From Clostridia bacterium (GTDB taxonomy: Bacteria > Bacillota > Clostridia > Acetivibrionales > STF1-152): 64,000 nt of DNA. Under the pieces are notes generated by a model that worked only from the letters and a program-made list of their open reading frames with translations, made no database searches and had not been told where the DNA came from. The stretch is taken from assembly GCA_028280575.1 (NCBI GenBank), contig JANQLN010000050.1:14136-78135 (forward strand). The letters are read 5' to 3'. Positions 9,892-18,393 of the stretch are shown one piece after another. Numbering within the stretch: position 1 is the first letter of the stretch; each line of letters opens with the position of its first letter. A program made the translations under genes and the position numbers.

Positions 9892-10791
9892 ATGACACCT
9901 CCATTTCTAAGTTATATCACATTTAACAGGCTGGGTTTGATTGAAAGGAATTTAAAAGCCCTTTTTGAAACTACTGATGATTTTGAAATGCATATAATTG
10001 ACAACCATTCCACCGACGGTGCCTGGGAATATGTACAAAGCCTTGAAGATCCGCGGATAAAATCCAGGATACAGTTTTCCCTGAACCAGGGACCTATTTA
10101 TTCGGTAAATTTTAATTTGTCCAGAAGAAAAGCCGAACAGTATTTCATAACAATTGATAATGATGTCAATATAGAAACAAAGGACTGGATATCCCAATTT
10201 ATGAAGGTATTTAACACATTTCCCGAGGCAGGTCTTTTGGGAGTGCAGCGGGGTGCTCCATACCCTCAGTATATGCCTCCCGTAATACCCAAATTCAAGG
10301 ATGGAATTTGTTACTTGCAGCTTAAAAACGGAATAGTGGGAGAACCTATGGATTTTGTGCCCGGCTGCTGCCAGTGCTTAAGGCCTGAGCTGATAAAGGA
10401 GATAGGATACTGGAGTGAAGAAAACCACTATGGAGATGCAGAAATGTCTCCAAGGATCAATAACTATACTTCATTTAAGGCAGGTTTTATGACAAGCATC
10501 AAAATTGATATGACCCAGGAGATTGATTGCGGTAAATGCGCGGCAAATAAGTGGTGCAAAAGGGCGAGCAACAAAGAAACATGCTTTGAAATACGTGACA
10601 GGTTATACAAGAATAAGGACATTGCCAAAATGATGGAAGATAAGTACCATAAAACATTTAAGGAGCTGGAAGAAGGTAAAAGGACTCCGTTTTCAGCTTC
10701 AGTATTTGACGGAAAATCCATGGAGGAACATATTTACTACAAGGATTGGGCAGCTGAGAGCTTTAACTTTTATGTAAATAATGCAAATTGA
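9892..10791 (+). CDS. Family-2 glycosyltransferase
   Basis: Motifs LSYITFNRLG...HIIDNHSTDG...ITIDNDV. I prefer the start at ATG 9892 (GAAAGGA 8 nt upstream) over the track start 9883, which abuts the RBS. Confidence 0.7.
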   Translation: MTPPFLSYITFNRLGLIERNLKALFETTDDFEMHIIDNHSTDGAWEYVQSLEDPRIKSRIQFSLNQGPIYSVNFNLSRRKAEQYFITIDNDVNIETKDWISQFMKVFNTFPEAGLLGVQRGAPYPQYMPPVIPKFKDGICYLQLKNGIVGEPMDFVPGCCQCLRPELIKEIGYWSEENHYGDAEMSPRINNYTSFKAGFMTSIKIDMTQEIDCGKCAANKWCKRASNKETCFEIRDRLYKNKDIAKMMEDKYHKTFKELEEGKRTPFSASVFDGKSMEEHIYYKDWAAESFNFYVNNAN

Positions 10792-10831
10792 AAAGTGATG
10801 TTACTTTTACAATGTCCGGGAGGAGTATACA

Positions 10832-11530
10832 ATGGAAAAATATAATAGCCAATTCAGGCAGGACGAGTTTTTAAACGAAGAGGTGATAAAAGGATATCAA
10901 GGAGGTTTTTTTGTTGATGTAGGAGCATATAATGGTGTAACCTTTAGTAATACCTTGTATTTTGAAAGAGAAAATAACTGGAGCGGGATATGTATTGAAC
11001 CTATTCCCAGGGCTTTTGACTGTCTTAAAAGAAATAGAAATTGTGTTTGTGTGAACTGTGCCATATTTGAAGAAGAAGGGGAATATGATTTTTTATGGCT
11101 TGACGATTACAACAGGGGAGATATGCTTAGCGGGTTAAAAACGGAATTTGATATAAGACATTTAAACAACCTAAATATCTTTGCACAAAAATATAACAGG
11201 CAAAGCAAGACAATAAAGGTAAAAGCCAGGAAGCTTAAGTCAATTCTTGACGAGTATGGCGTAAAGCAGATTGATTTGTTGAGTATTGATACTGAAAACA
11301 GTGAAAGGTCGGTATTAAAATCCATAGATTACAGCAAGGTTTTCATAGAATGCATGGTAATTGAAAATCTCTTTGATACAGATGATTATGAAAATTACCT
11401 TAAGGATTTTGGGTTTACAAAAATAATAAAAATATACAAAGACGATTTTTTCCTGCACGAAAAAAGCAAGTTCATGAAAAATCTAAACCCTGCTGCTTTT
11501 GATAAGTATAAATATCCTAATAATTTGTAA
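10832..11530 (+). CDS. FkbM-family SAM-dependent methyltransferase
   Basis: 232 aa. Motifs GFFVDVGAYNGVTFSNTLYFE...WSGICIEP and LLSIDTE are typical of FkbM. RBS GGGAGGAG is present. Confidence 0.7.
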   Translation: MEKYNSQFRQDEFLNEEVIKGYQGGFFVDVGAYNGVTFSNTLYFERENNWSGICIEPIPRAFDCLKRNRNCVCVNCAIFEEEGEYDFLWLDDYNRGDMLSGLKTEFDIRHLNNLNIFAQKYNRQSKTIKVKARKLKSILDEYGVKQIDLLSIDTENSERSVLKSIDYSKVFIECMVIENLFDTDDYENYLKDFGFTKIIKIYKDDFFLHEKSKFMKNLNPAAFDKYKYPNNL

Positions 11531-11593
11531 CACATAAAATTTATAGTTATCTTGTCGCATATTTTTCCGCAATTCTGCTTTGTCGTCGGATTA

Positions 11594-11619
11594 TCCGGCA
11601 CTTACATGTTAGTGCCGGA
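11594..11619. terminator. 9-bp GC-rich hairpin between convergent genes (no U-tract)
   Basis: tCCGGCACT-tacatgtt-AGTGCCGGa. It sits between the FkbM gene (+) and the Cys-rich gene (-). Neither side has a T-run, so terminator function is uncertain. Confidence 0.3.
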
Positions 11620-11690
11620 CGCACCTCCTCCGCCTTGTCTTGCAAAAATCATCCTCGCCGCAAATCCAATATTTTAAATGACGCAAGGTA

Positions 11691-12470
11691 CTAGCGAGTG
11701 GACTTAAAATATCCAACCAATTTGGCTATGGCTCTGGGCACCGCATCTTTTGAATTTTTCCAGGGTTCTTTGCTGTATCTGTAGTCGAATTTTTTTGTAA
11801 ACCAGTTTACTTCTTCATGCAGCCTGTTCATATTCTCAGTCTGCATTTTGATAAGGCTGTATACAAAAGAAGCTGACTTTTTAGGAGGAAGGTATTTTTT
11901 TGCCCCCTCCAAAAGCATTTTGAGATGGTATATGCAAAAACCTTTTTTGCTTTTAAATTTTTCCATGAACTCCTTTTCCTCAAAATACAAGTAAAGGATG
12001 ACATCAATGTATCTATCCATTGTATATTGGAGCTTACTGCATATGGCACATTTATGAAGCCTTTTCTCAAGCTGGCCTATGAGTGAGTCGATATATTTTT
12101 CCCCGGCTGTTTTCTTAGAGGATAATTTGCTGCCGATGGATTTTGTCAAAGAGAGTTTACTGTCTTCACTCAAGGCTTTGGCATTTTTTTCAAAATCCTT
12201 TAACATAGGCTCGTTTTGCTGTTCAAGGTGGGTTTCAATAATTAAAGCAAGCCCAAGTGTGTTTTCCTCTCTATTATAAAGCAATTCAAAATGACGCCTG
12301 CAAAATCCCTTTTCATTGGTATCTATCCTGTGGTCAGGCTCCATGAGAGACGGACCTAAGTAGTAATCAAGTGCTTGGAGCTCAAGCTTTTCTTCAAGTG
12401 AGCATAAAGGGCACTCACATTCTTCATTAAATGCGTCATTGACCGGTATTGTGTATATTTTTTCCTTCAT
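11691..12470 (-). CDS. Conserved hypothetical Cys-rich protein with duplicated CxxC...GFCxxH module (DUF6062-like by memory)
   Basis: I place the start at ATG 12470 (GAGGAG 7 nt upstream) rather than 12485. Module 1: CECPLC ... KGFCRRHFELL. Module 2: HKCAICSK ... KKGFCIYHLKML. Confidence 0.5.
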   Translation of the reverse strand: MKEKIYTIPVNDAFNEECECPLCSLEEKLELQALDYYLGPSLMEPDHRIDTNEKGFCRRHFELLYNREENTLGLALIIETHLEQQNEPMLKDFEKNAKALSEDSKLSLTKSIGSKLSSKKTAGEKYIDSLIGQLEKRLHKCAICSKLQYTMDRYIDVILYLYFEEKEFMEKFKSKKGFCIYHLKMLLEGAKKYLPPKKSASFVYSLIKMQTENMNRLHEEVNWFTKKFDYRYSKEPWKNSKDAVPRAIAKLVGYFKSTR

Positions 12471-12583
12471 ATGCGTGCTCCTCAAAATAGTTTAAAAATC
12501 CATATGTTACATACTTCCTGATAATGAAAGATTATATCATAATGCAAAATAGACTGTAAATAGTTATAAATACTTTATATTAA

Positions 12584-12699
12584 GCAATTTGCGTTGTATC
12601 CATTTCAAGCAAGGAGCATACTAAATGTTGTATATGCTTATTATTCATACTACTAAATTTAGTATGCTCCATTAAGAAAATCATAACAACGCAAATTGC
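12584..12699. repeat. Nested imperfect palindrome (about 116 bp)
   Basis: Outer arms are GCAATTTGCGTTGT (12584-12597) and ACAACGCAAATTGC (12686-12699). Inner arms are GGAGCATACTAAAT (12613-12626) and ATTTAGTATGCTCC (12657-12670). All four arms are perfect. Confidence 0.8.
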
Positions 12700-12798
12700 T
12701 CGTTTTGTTAGCCACTTGAAAAAACAGTAAAAGTGTTTTATAATGTTAGACAAACTGGTGTGGCAGTTTGTTGTTTGTGCGTGTAGCTAAAAGCAAGT

Positions 12799-12834
12799 AG
12801 AACGGTTCTTGCTTACGGAATCAAGAACCGTTCT
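12799..12834. promoter_or_regulatory. Two copies of an AGAAC-N-GTTCT palindrome (candidate operator pair or RNA hairpin)
   Basis: AGAACGGTTCTTGCTT (12799-) and AGAACCGTTCTTGCTT (12824-) lie 25 bp centre to centre. The second copy extends to CAAGAAC-c-GTTCTTG. The two copies are also mutually complementary (13 bp). They sit just upstream of the putative deoR promoter. Confidence 0.45.
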
Positions 12835-12867
12835 TGCTTGCCGGCTTGCTTTTCCGTTAAATCTTAA

Positions 12868-12896
12868 TTGACAAAGAAAAAATATTAAGGTAAAAA
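12868..12896 (+). promoter_or_regulatory. Candidate sigma-A promoter of the DeoR gene
   Basis: TTGACA (12868-12873), a 17-nt spacer, then TAAAAA (12891-12896), about 40 nt upstream of ATG 12934. Confidence 0.35.
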
Positions 12897-12933
12897 TCTG
12901 AATTAATATTAAGAAATATGAGGTAAAATTTAT

Positions 12934-13719
12934 ATGTCTCAAGATAAAATGCATGAATTGAGTATTGATGATAGGAGAGACAAGATAGTAGATATTTTGA
13001 CCAGGCAAAATAAAGTCAGGGTAGCAGAGCTCAGCAGGATGTTTAAAATATCTGAAGCAACAATCAGGCATGACCTTTCCGACCTTGAAAAGCAAGGATT
13101 GCTCGAACGTGTCCACGGAGGTGCAACTAGTACTTATAAAGCTTACTATAACATGTCCTTTTATGAAAGAATGAAAACAAATGAAGATGAAAAAAGAAGT
13201 ATTGCTTTTAAAGCTGCAAAGATGATTTCAGAAGGCGATTCAATAATGATTAATTCAGGAACAACAACTCTTTACGTGGCAAGAGAGCTAAAAAGCATTA
13301 AAAATCTTACCGTTGTTACCAATTCATTGGCTATTTCTCAAGAGCTGGGCAATTATAAGGATATTCATGTTATTTTACTTGGAGGATATTTCAATCCACA
13401 GTATCAATTCACTTATGGTGATGATACGATAAATCAATTAAACAAGTATAAAGCCGATAAGCTGATCCTCGCCGTTGACGGCATTTGCTCTGAGAATGGA
13501 ATAACCACTTACCATTACCTTGAAGCAGAAATAAACAGACAGATGATAAAAAGGGTTGATAATACAGTGGTTGCTGCTGATTATACCAAGGTTGGAAGGA
13601 CAGGGTTTACCCAAATAGACAGTATAGACAGTGCAGATTTTCTCATTACCAACAGTGAAGCCGACGAGCATGAAATTAAAAAGATTATAAAAAAAGGCTT
13701 AGAAGTAGAACTTATATAA
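12934..13719 (+). CDS. DeoR/GlpR-family transcriptional repressor
   Basis: 261 aa. Winged HTH RRDKIVDILTRQNKVRVAELSRMFKISEATIRHDLSDLEKQGLLERVHGGA, followed by a DeoR C-terminal sugar-phosphate sensor domain (INSGTTT, VVTNS). Confidence 0.9.
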   Translation: MSQDKMHELSIDDRRDKIVDILTRQNKVRVAELSRMFKISEATIRHDLSDLEKQGLLERVHGGATSTYKAYYNMSFYERMKTNEDEKRSIAFKAAKMISEGDSIMINSGTTTLYVARELKSIKNLTVVTNSLAISQELGNYKDIHVILLGGYFNPQYQFTYGDDTINQLNKYKADKLILAVDGICSENGITTYHYLEAEINRQMIKRVDNTVVAADYTKVGRTGFTQIDSIDSADFLITNSEADEHEIKKIIKKGLEVELI

Positions 13720-13773
13720 CAGCGCAATTATTGGCATTACTAAAAGTCCGCTCGAAAAACACTAAAGGATAGG

Positions 13774-13798
13774 CTGACTTTGAGTCAGGTTTTCTTTT
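13774..13798 (+). terminator. Rho-independent terminator after the DeoR gene
   Basis: CTGACT-ttg-AGTCAG followed by GTTTTCTTTT. It is nested in a longer AAAAACACTAAA/TTTAGTGTTTTT pairing (13755-13808). Confidence 0.55.
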
Positions 13799-13863
13799 AG
13801 TGTTTTTTACATGCAAAAAAACATTGCAGGTATTCAAATGCAATATAAAAAATAAAAAAACAA

Positions 13864-13892
13864 TTGACTATAAAAATAAAATGATATAAAAT
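13864..13892 (+). promoter_or_regulatory. Strong sigma-A-type promoter of the catabolic operon
   Basis: TTGACT (13864-13869), a 17-nt spacer, then TAAAAT (13887-13892). It lies immediately downstream of the deoR terminator and 75 nt upstream of ATG 13967. Confidence 0.6.
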
Positions 13893-13942
13893 AAAAATAA
13901 AACAAAAACAAAACAAAACAAAAGAAAAACAAAAACAAAAAC
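13893..13942 (+). repeat. A/C-only low-complexity leader, (A4-5C)n
   Basis: aaaaataaaacaaaaacaaaacaaaacaaaagaaaaacaaaaacaaaaac. This is essentially the whole predicted 5'UTR between the -10 box and the RBS AAGGAAGGG. Confidence 0.8.
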
Positions 13943-13966
13943 TAATTGTAAAAGGAAGGGTTTATT

Positions 13967-15325
13967 ATGTATGATAGAAATTGGGCAAAAACAGATGCAG
14001 AAAAGCTGCCGGTAATCAAGACTGAATTACCCGGACCAAATTCAATTGAAATACATAGCAGGGCTTCAAAAAATATGAAGGGTTATTCAAGCCAGGTGAA
14101 GCTTTTCCCTGTTGCTTTTGAGTCAGGAAACGGTTGTACGCTTACTGATGTAGACGGTAATGTATTTATAGACTTTTCTTCTGGTATATATGTAACCGGT
14201 CTGGGACATTGCCATCCTAAAATAAGTGAAGAAATTGCAAAATACGCCAGGCAGCTTATGAACTGCCATGATTTTAATACTGAAACAAAAATGAAATTGC
14301 TGGAAAAGCTAGCTTCTATAACCATGGGCGATTTAAATGGTATTCAGCTTTATGATTCGGGAACTACTGCCGTAGAAGCCGGACTACGCTGCGCAAGAGC
14401 CGCTACGGGAAAATTTGAGTTTGTATCTTTCTGGAGGGATTTTCATGGAAAAACCATGGGCGCGGCCAGTTGTGCCATAGTAAACCAGAGCCAGGGAATG
14501 CGGGCTCCCGGATTCTTCCTTGCACCAAGGCCTAACTGCTACAGGTGTCCTTTTAAGATGAAGCACCCTGAGTGTAATTGTTATTGCGCGGATTTCCTTG
14601 AACAGGTTATTATAAATGAAACCAGCGGCCAATTGGCAGCGGTCGTACTTGAACCTATTCAAGGCTGGGGCGGCTCTATAATACCTCCTGATGATTTTAT
14701 GCCGAGGCTTAAGAATTTGTGTGACAAATACAACATGCTGCTGTTTACGGACGAGGTACTGACATGTATGGGCAGGACCGGAAAGATGTTTTGCATGGAA
14801 CACTGGGATATTACTCCTGATATAACTACCCTGGGGAAAGGATTTGGTAATGGATTCCCTGTAACGGCAATGTGTGTAAGCGACAAGTATAAGGAATCTG
14901 TTGAAAATATTTCCGCATCTTCAAGCTATGGTGGAAATCCAATGGCGTGTGCCGCTGCATTGGCATCAATTGAAGTAATTGAGGAAGAGAACTTATGTGA
15001 AAAGTCTGCACATCTGGGAGATGTATTCATAGAGCGAATGAATAAAATGAAGGAAGAGCATGCGATAATTGGAGATGTAAGAGGAAAGGGCTGCTTGCTT
15101 GCCATGGAGCTTGTTAAAGATAGAAATACGAAGGAGCCTTTTGAAGAGGCGGGTAAATTAGTATATCAAAAGGCATTTTCCAAAGGGCTTACATGGGTTC
15201 CGGCAGGACATATACTGAGAATATCACCTCCTATAATAATGGAGGATGATATGGCTTTAAAAGGATTGGATATAATTGAAGAGGCAGTTTCGGAAGTGGA
15301 AAAAGAGCTTGGGTATGCATTATAA
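13967..15325 (+). CDS. Class-III PLP-dependent aminotransferase
   Basis: 452 aa. Motifs SGTTAVEAGLR, DEVLTCMGRTGKMF, TLGKGFGNGFPV (PLP Lys), SSYGGNPMACAAAL. Confidence 0.85.
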   Translation: MYDRNWAKTDAEKLPVIKTELPGPNSIEIHSRASKNMKGYSSQVKLFPVAFESGNGCTLTDVDGNVFIDFSSGIYVTGLGHCHPKISEEIAKYARQLMNCHDFNTETKMKLLEKLASITMGDLNGIQLYDSGTTAVEAGLRCARAATGKFEFVSFWRDFHGKTMGAASCAIVNQSQGMRAPGFFLAPRPNCYRCPFKMKHPECNCYCADFLEQVIINETSGQLAAVVLEPIQGWGGSIIPPDDFMPRLKNLCDKYNMLLFTDEVLTCMGRTGKMFCMEHWDITPDITTLGKGFGNGFPVTAMCVSDKYKESVENISASSSYGGNPMACAAALASIEVIEEENLCEKSAHLGDVFIERMNKMKEEHAIIGDVRGKGCLLAMELVKDRNTKEPFEEAGKLVYQKAFSKGLTWVPAGHILRISPPIIMEDDMALKGLDIIEEAVSEVEKELGYAL

Positions 15326-15456
15326 CAGGCATAAGTTTTCGCAGAATAAAAAATGGGTAAGTTAAACAATAGTAAAATTGACAAACACAGATTGCGGTGC
15401 TATAGTGATATGAAAATCGGTTTCGTTATAATATTATTCGTTTTGGGAGCTTTTTC

Positions 15457-16920
15457 ATGTATTATTTATGTATTGACATTGGAACAACTGCAATTAAATG
15501 TGCAATTGTAGATAGGAATTATCAAATTGCTGCTGAAAAATCATCTGAATACAGGCTTATAAAAAAACCGGACGAAAAAGTGGAACAGGATGCAAATGAG
15601 TGGTGGAATGTTACTGTGAAAACAACAAGGAGCTTATTAGCGGATTCAGGTATTGCCGGTTCTTCTATTGACGCAGTCGGTATAAGCTCCCAGGGAATTT
15701 CATTTGTTCCTGTGGACAGGGAAATGAATCCCCTCATGAATGCAATATCATGGCTGGATACGAAAAGAGCGCAAACCCAAAGTGATTATATTATTGAAAG
15801 CATGGGGAATGATAAAATACAAAGAATAACAGGTTGCGGGGTTTCCTCAGGCAGAAATCTTGCCAAGCTGTTGTGGATAAGACAGGAATTCTATGGTCTC
15901 TTTAGAAGAATATATAAAATACTCACTGCTCATGATTATATTTTATACAGGCTGTGCGGAAAAATTGTGTCTGACCATACAATGGCAGGGAGCACACAGA
16001 TGTACGACATAAACTTAAGGGACTGGTCTGATCATATTCTGGATGCTTTTAACCTTGATAAGGACATGTTTCCGCAAATTATTGGGAGCGGAAGCTTTGC
16101 AGGCAGGATTGAGAAAAGGGCAGCAGATGAACTTGGAATCGGATATAATGCTGTTGTTGCGGCAGGAGGGCAGGACCAGAAATGTGCTGTTCTCGGGTCC
16201 GGAATTGATAAAGATAGTGTGGCGGTCTCTTTAGGGACTGCCTCTGCTATTTCCCGAAGAATTGACAGACCTTCCATTTTAAGCAATATGAGTATCCCAT
16301 GCTGTGTTGATGTTTTGAAAAACAAGTGGGTTATGGAAGGAGCAGTTGGAACTGCCGGCGCAGGCCTGAAGTGGATGAGAGATACCATATACAAGGGTAA
16401 AAGCTACCGTGAGCTTGACGCACTGGCGGAAAGAGCCAAAACCGGAAGCTTATTTTTTTATCCCCACATGTCCGGTGCTTCCACACCTGTAAATAATAAA
16501 AAAGTAAGGGGTTTTTTGTACGGCATTAATATTTCAACAAGTGAGGAAGAAATTATAAGAAGCTTTATGGAAGGTGTAGCTTACCAAATAAAATCCAATA
16601 TTGACATTATCTCCGAAACATTTGGGGAAACCAAGGGCATCCGTATATATGGAGGAGGGGCAAAAAGCCGTTTCTGGTTATCTGTTCTTGCAAATATAAC
16701 CGGAAAAAGGATTGAAGTCATAAAAAGCACCGAAACTGCATGTATTGGGGCCGCAATGCTTTGTTCCATGTGCACGGGTGAGTGGAAAGGAATAGAAAAA
16801 GCGTCGGAGTCGGTCAAAATAAAAAGTGTGATTGAACCTGAACCAAAAGAGCATGAATTTTATCAGGAGCTGTACTTTGAATATATTAGCATTCAGAATA
16901 AAATAATGGAACTTTTTTGA
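15457..16920 (+). CDS. FGGY-family carbohydrate kinase
   Basis: 487 aa. Motifs YLCIDIGTTAIKCAIVD, GISSQGISFVPVD, GGQDQKCA, IRIYGGGAKSRFW. Confidence 0.85.
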   Translation: MYYLCIDIGTTAIKCAIVDRNYQIAAEKSSEYRLIKKPDEKVEQDANEWWNVTVKTTRSLLADSGIAGSSIDAVGISSQGISFVPVDREMNPLMNAISWLDTKRAQTQSDYIIESMGNDKIQRITGCGVSSGRNLAKLLWIRQEFYGLFRRIYKILTAHDYILYRLCGKIVSDHTMAGSTQMYDINLRDWSDHILDAFNLDKDMFPQIIGSGSFAGRIEKRAADELGIGYNAVVAAGGQDQKCAVLGSGIDKDSVAVSLGTASAISRRIDRPSILSNMSIPCCVDVLKNKWVMEGAVGTAGAGLKWMRDTIYKGKSYRELDALAERAKTGSLFFYPHMSGASTPVNNKKVRGFLYGINISTSEEEIIRSFMEGVAYQIKSNIDIISETFGETKGIRIYGGGAKSRFWLSVLANITGKRIEVIKSTETACIGAAMLCSMCTGEWKGIEKASESVKIKSVIEPEPKEHEFYQELYFEYISIQNKIMELF

Positions 16921-16946
16921 TAAGTTTTAATTGAGCGGAGGTTTGT

Positions 16947-18257
16947 ATGAAAAGCTTAAGAGCAGGCGTATCAATATGCAGTATAAATCCTGACAAAGGA
17001 GTGGCGTTGGGCGGGTATCCGCATGCCGTAAGAAAAAACACAGGAGTTCACGACAGCATATATGCTGCGGTGTTATATCTTGACAGTGAAAATCCTGTTA
17101 TCATTGCAAGCCTTGACCTTCTTGGATTTTCCAAAGTTTATGCGGACAGGGTAAGGTGCAGAATTGCCGGGATAACCGGTATCAGCCGCAGTAATATAAT
17201 GATTATGTGTACTCACACCCATTCAAGTCCCTATGGTATGACTCTTTTAGATGTAAATGAAGCGAAGGATGCTGTTGATGAAGATTATGTTGAAATGGTA
17301 AGCAATAAACTCACCCAAGCCATATTGGATGCTGTGGAAAATACTTTTGCAGCCAGTATCGGTTTTGGTAAAGGAATATGCGGCAGGGAAAAAGGTGTTG
17401 GCGGAAACAGAAAAAATCCCCATGGAATTTCCGACCCGGAGGTCTGTGTGCTTGGGATAAAGGATGAAAATGGAGAGCTTAGAGCATGCATGGCAAATTA
17501 TGCACTTCACCCCACCTTTCTGCATGCGGAAAATCTCCTTGTTTCGGCTGATTACCCCGGATATATCAGAAAGCATCTTAATAAAGCACAGCCAGAAGCC
17601 GTTTTTTTATTTGCCCAGGGAGCATCGGGAGACCAGAGCTCAAGATACTTCAGGAATGAACAGAGCTTCGATGAGGCAAGAAGAGTTGGATATATGCTGG
17701 GAGAAGAAATATTAAGGGTACTTGGAAGCATCAATTATGAAAAGAGTGCGGATATTAGTATAAAAAATAAAGTTCTTGACAGCTGTTTAAGAGGATTTCC
17801 CTCAATTAAAGAAGCAGAAGAAAACCTTGAAAAAGTTTTAAATAAATACAAAAAAATGAAATTAGGTAATGGCGGTTATGCTGTTCTTAGAAATATGGAG
17901 TGTGATGTTTTTGGTGCAGAACGCACACTGGAATATGTAAAACTGATAATGGAAAATAAAAAGCTCCCCAGAATTCAAGAAGAGCATCCTTTGGAGATCA
18001 GCCTGATTCAAATTAATAACAGCCTTATGGTAATGCTGCAGGGAGAAGTGTTTGTAAGATTCGGGCAGGACATAAAAAAAGGGTCCCCCTTTGAGAACAC
18101 TTTTGTTGTTGAGATGGCGAACGGCGGCTCAGCAGGTTATATATATACAAAGGAAGCACTTGAGGAGTTTGGCGGATATGAAATCCAGTCTTCCCTGTAT
18201 TCCTGGGAAATGGGAGAAAGTATTGTAAGGGAAGTATTGAAGCTTATGAAATTTTAA
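16947..18257 (+). CDS. Neutral/alkaline ceramidase N-terminal-domain-like amidohydrolase
   Basis: 436 aa. Motifs LRAGVSICSINPDKGVALGGYPH...GVHDSIYAAVLYLD...IIASLDLLGF and CTHTHSSP match the pattern of bacterial ceramidase-like hypothetical proteins as I remember it. Confidence 0.55.
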   Translation: MKSLRAGVSICSINPDKGVALGGYPHAVRKNTGVHDSIYAAVLYLDSENPVIIASLDLLGFSKVYADRVRCRIAGITGISRSNIMIMCTHTHSSPYGMTLLDVNEAKDAVDEDYVEMVSNKLTQAILDAVENTFAASIGFGKGICGREKGVGGNRKNPHGISDPEVCVLGIKDENGELRACMANYALHPTFLHAENLLVSADYPGYIRKHLNKAQPEAVFLFAQGASGDQSSRYFRNEQSFDEARRVGYMLGEEILRVLGSINYEKSADISIKNKVLDSCLRGFPSIKEAEENLEKVLNKYKKMKLGNGGYAVLRNMECDVFGAERTLEYVKLIMENKKLPRIQEEHPLEISLIQINNSLMVMLQGEVFVRFGQDIKKGSPFENTFVVEMANGGSAGYIYTKEALEEFGGYEIQSSLYSWEMGESIVREVLKLMKF

Positions 18258-18393
18258 AAGATAAGGGATCATTGCAAATTTTAGAAAAAAGCATAATTTT
18301 TTTAAATGAGACACAAAATGCATATTGATAGGAATGGTGCTTATGGAAAACCGCCTTTTGAGTGATATTGGAAGGACAGGCACAAAGGTTATT

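Noticed and set aside
12787-13116. A 109-aa minus-strand ORF spanning the DeoR promoter and the 5' end of the DeoR gene.
   Set aside because: It is antisense to a well-supported DeoR HTH-coding region and runs through the palindromic intergenic region. It has no RBS, and its sequence looks low-complexity.
13820-13950. The repetitive A/C tract as a CRISPR array, or as a tandem repeat encoding something.
   Set aside because: The units are 5-6 nt and degenerate, with no repeat-spacer organisation and no ORF. The tract sits between a promoter and an RBS, so I interpret it as a low-complexity 5'UTR.
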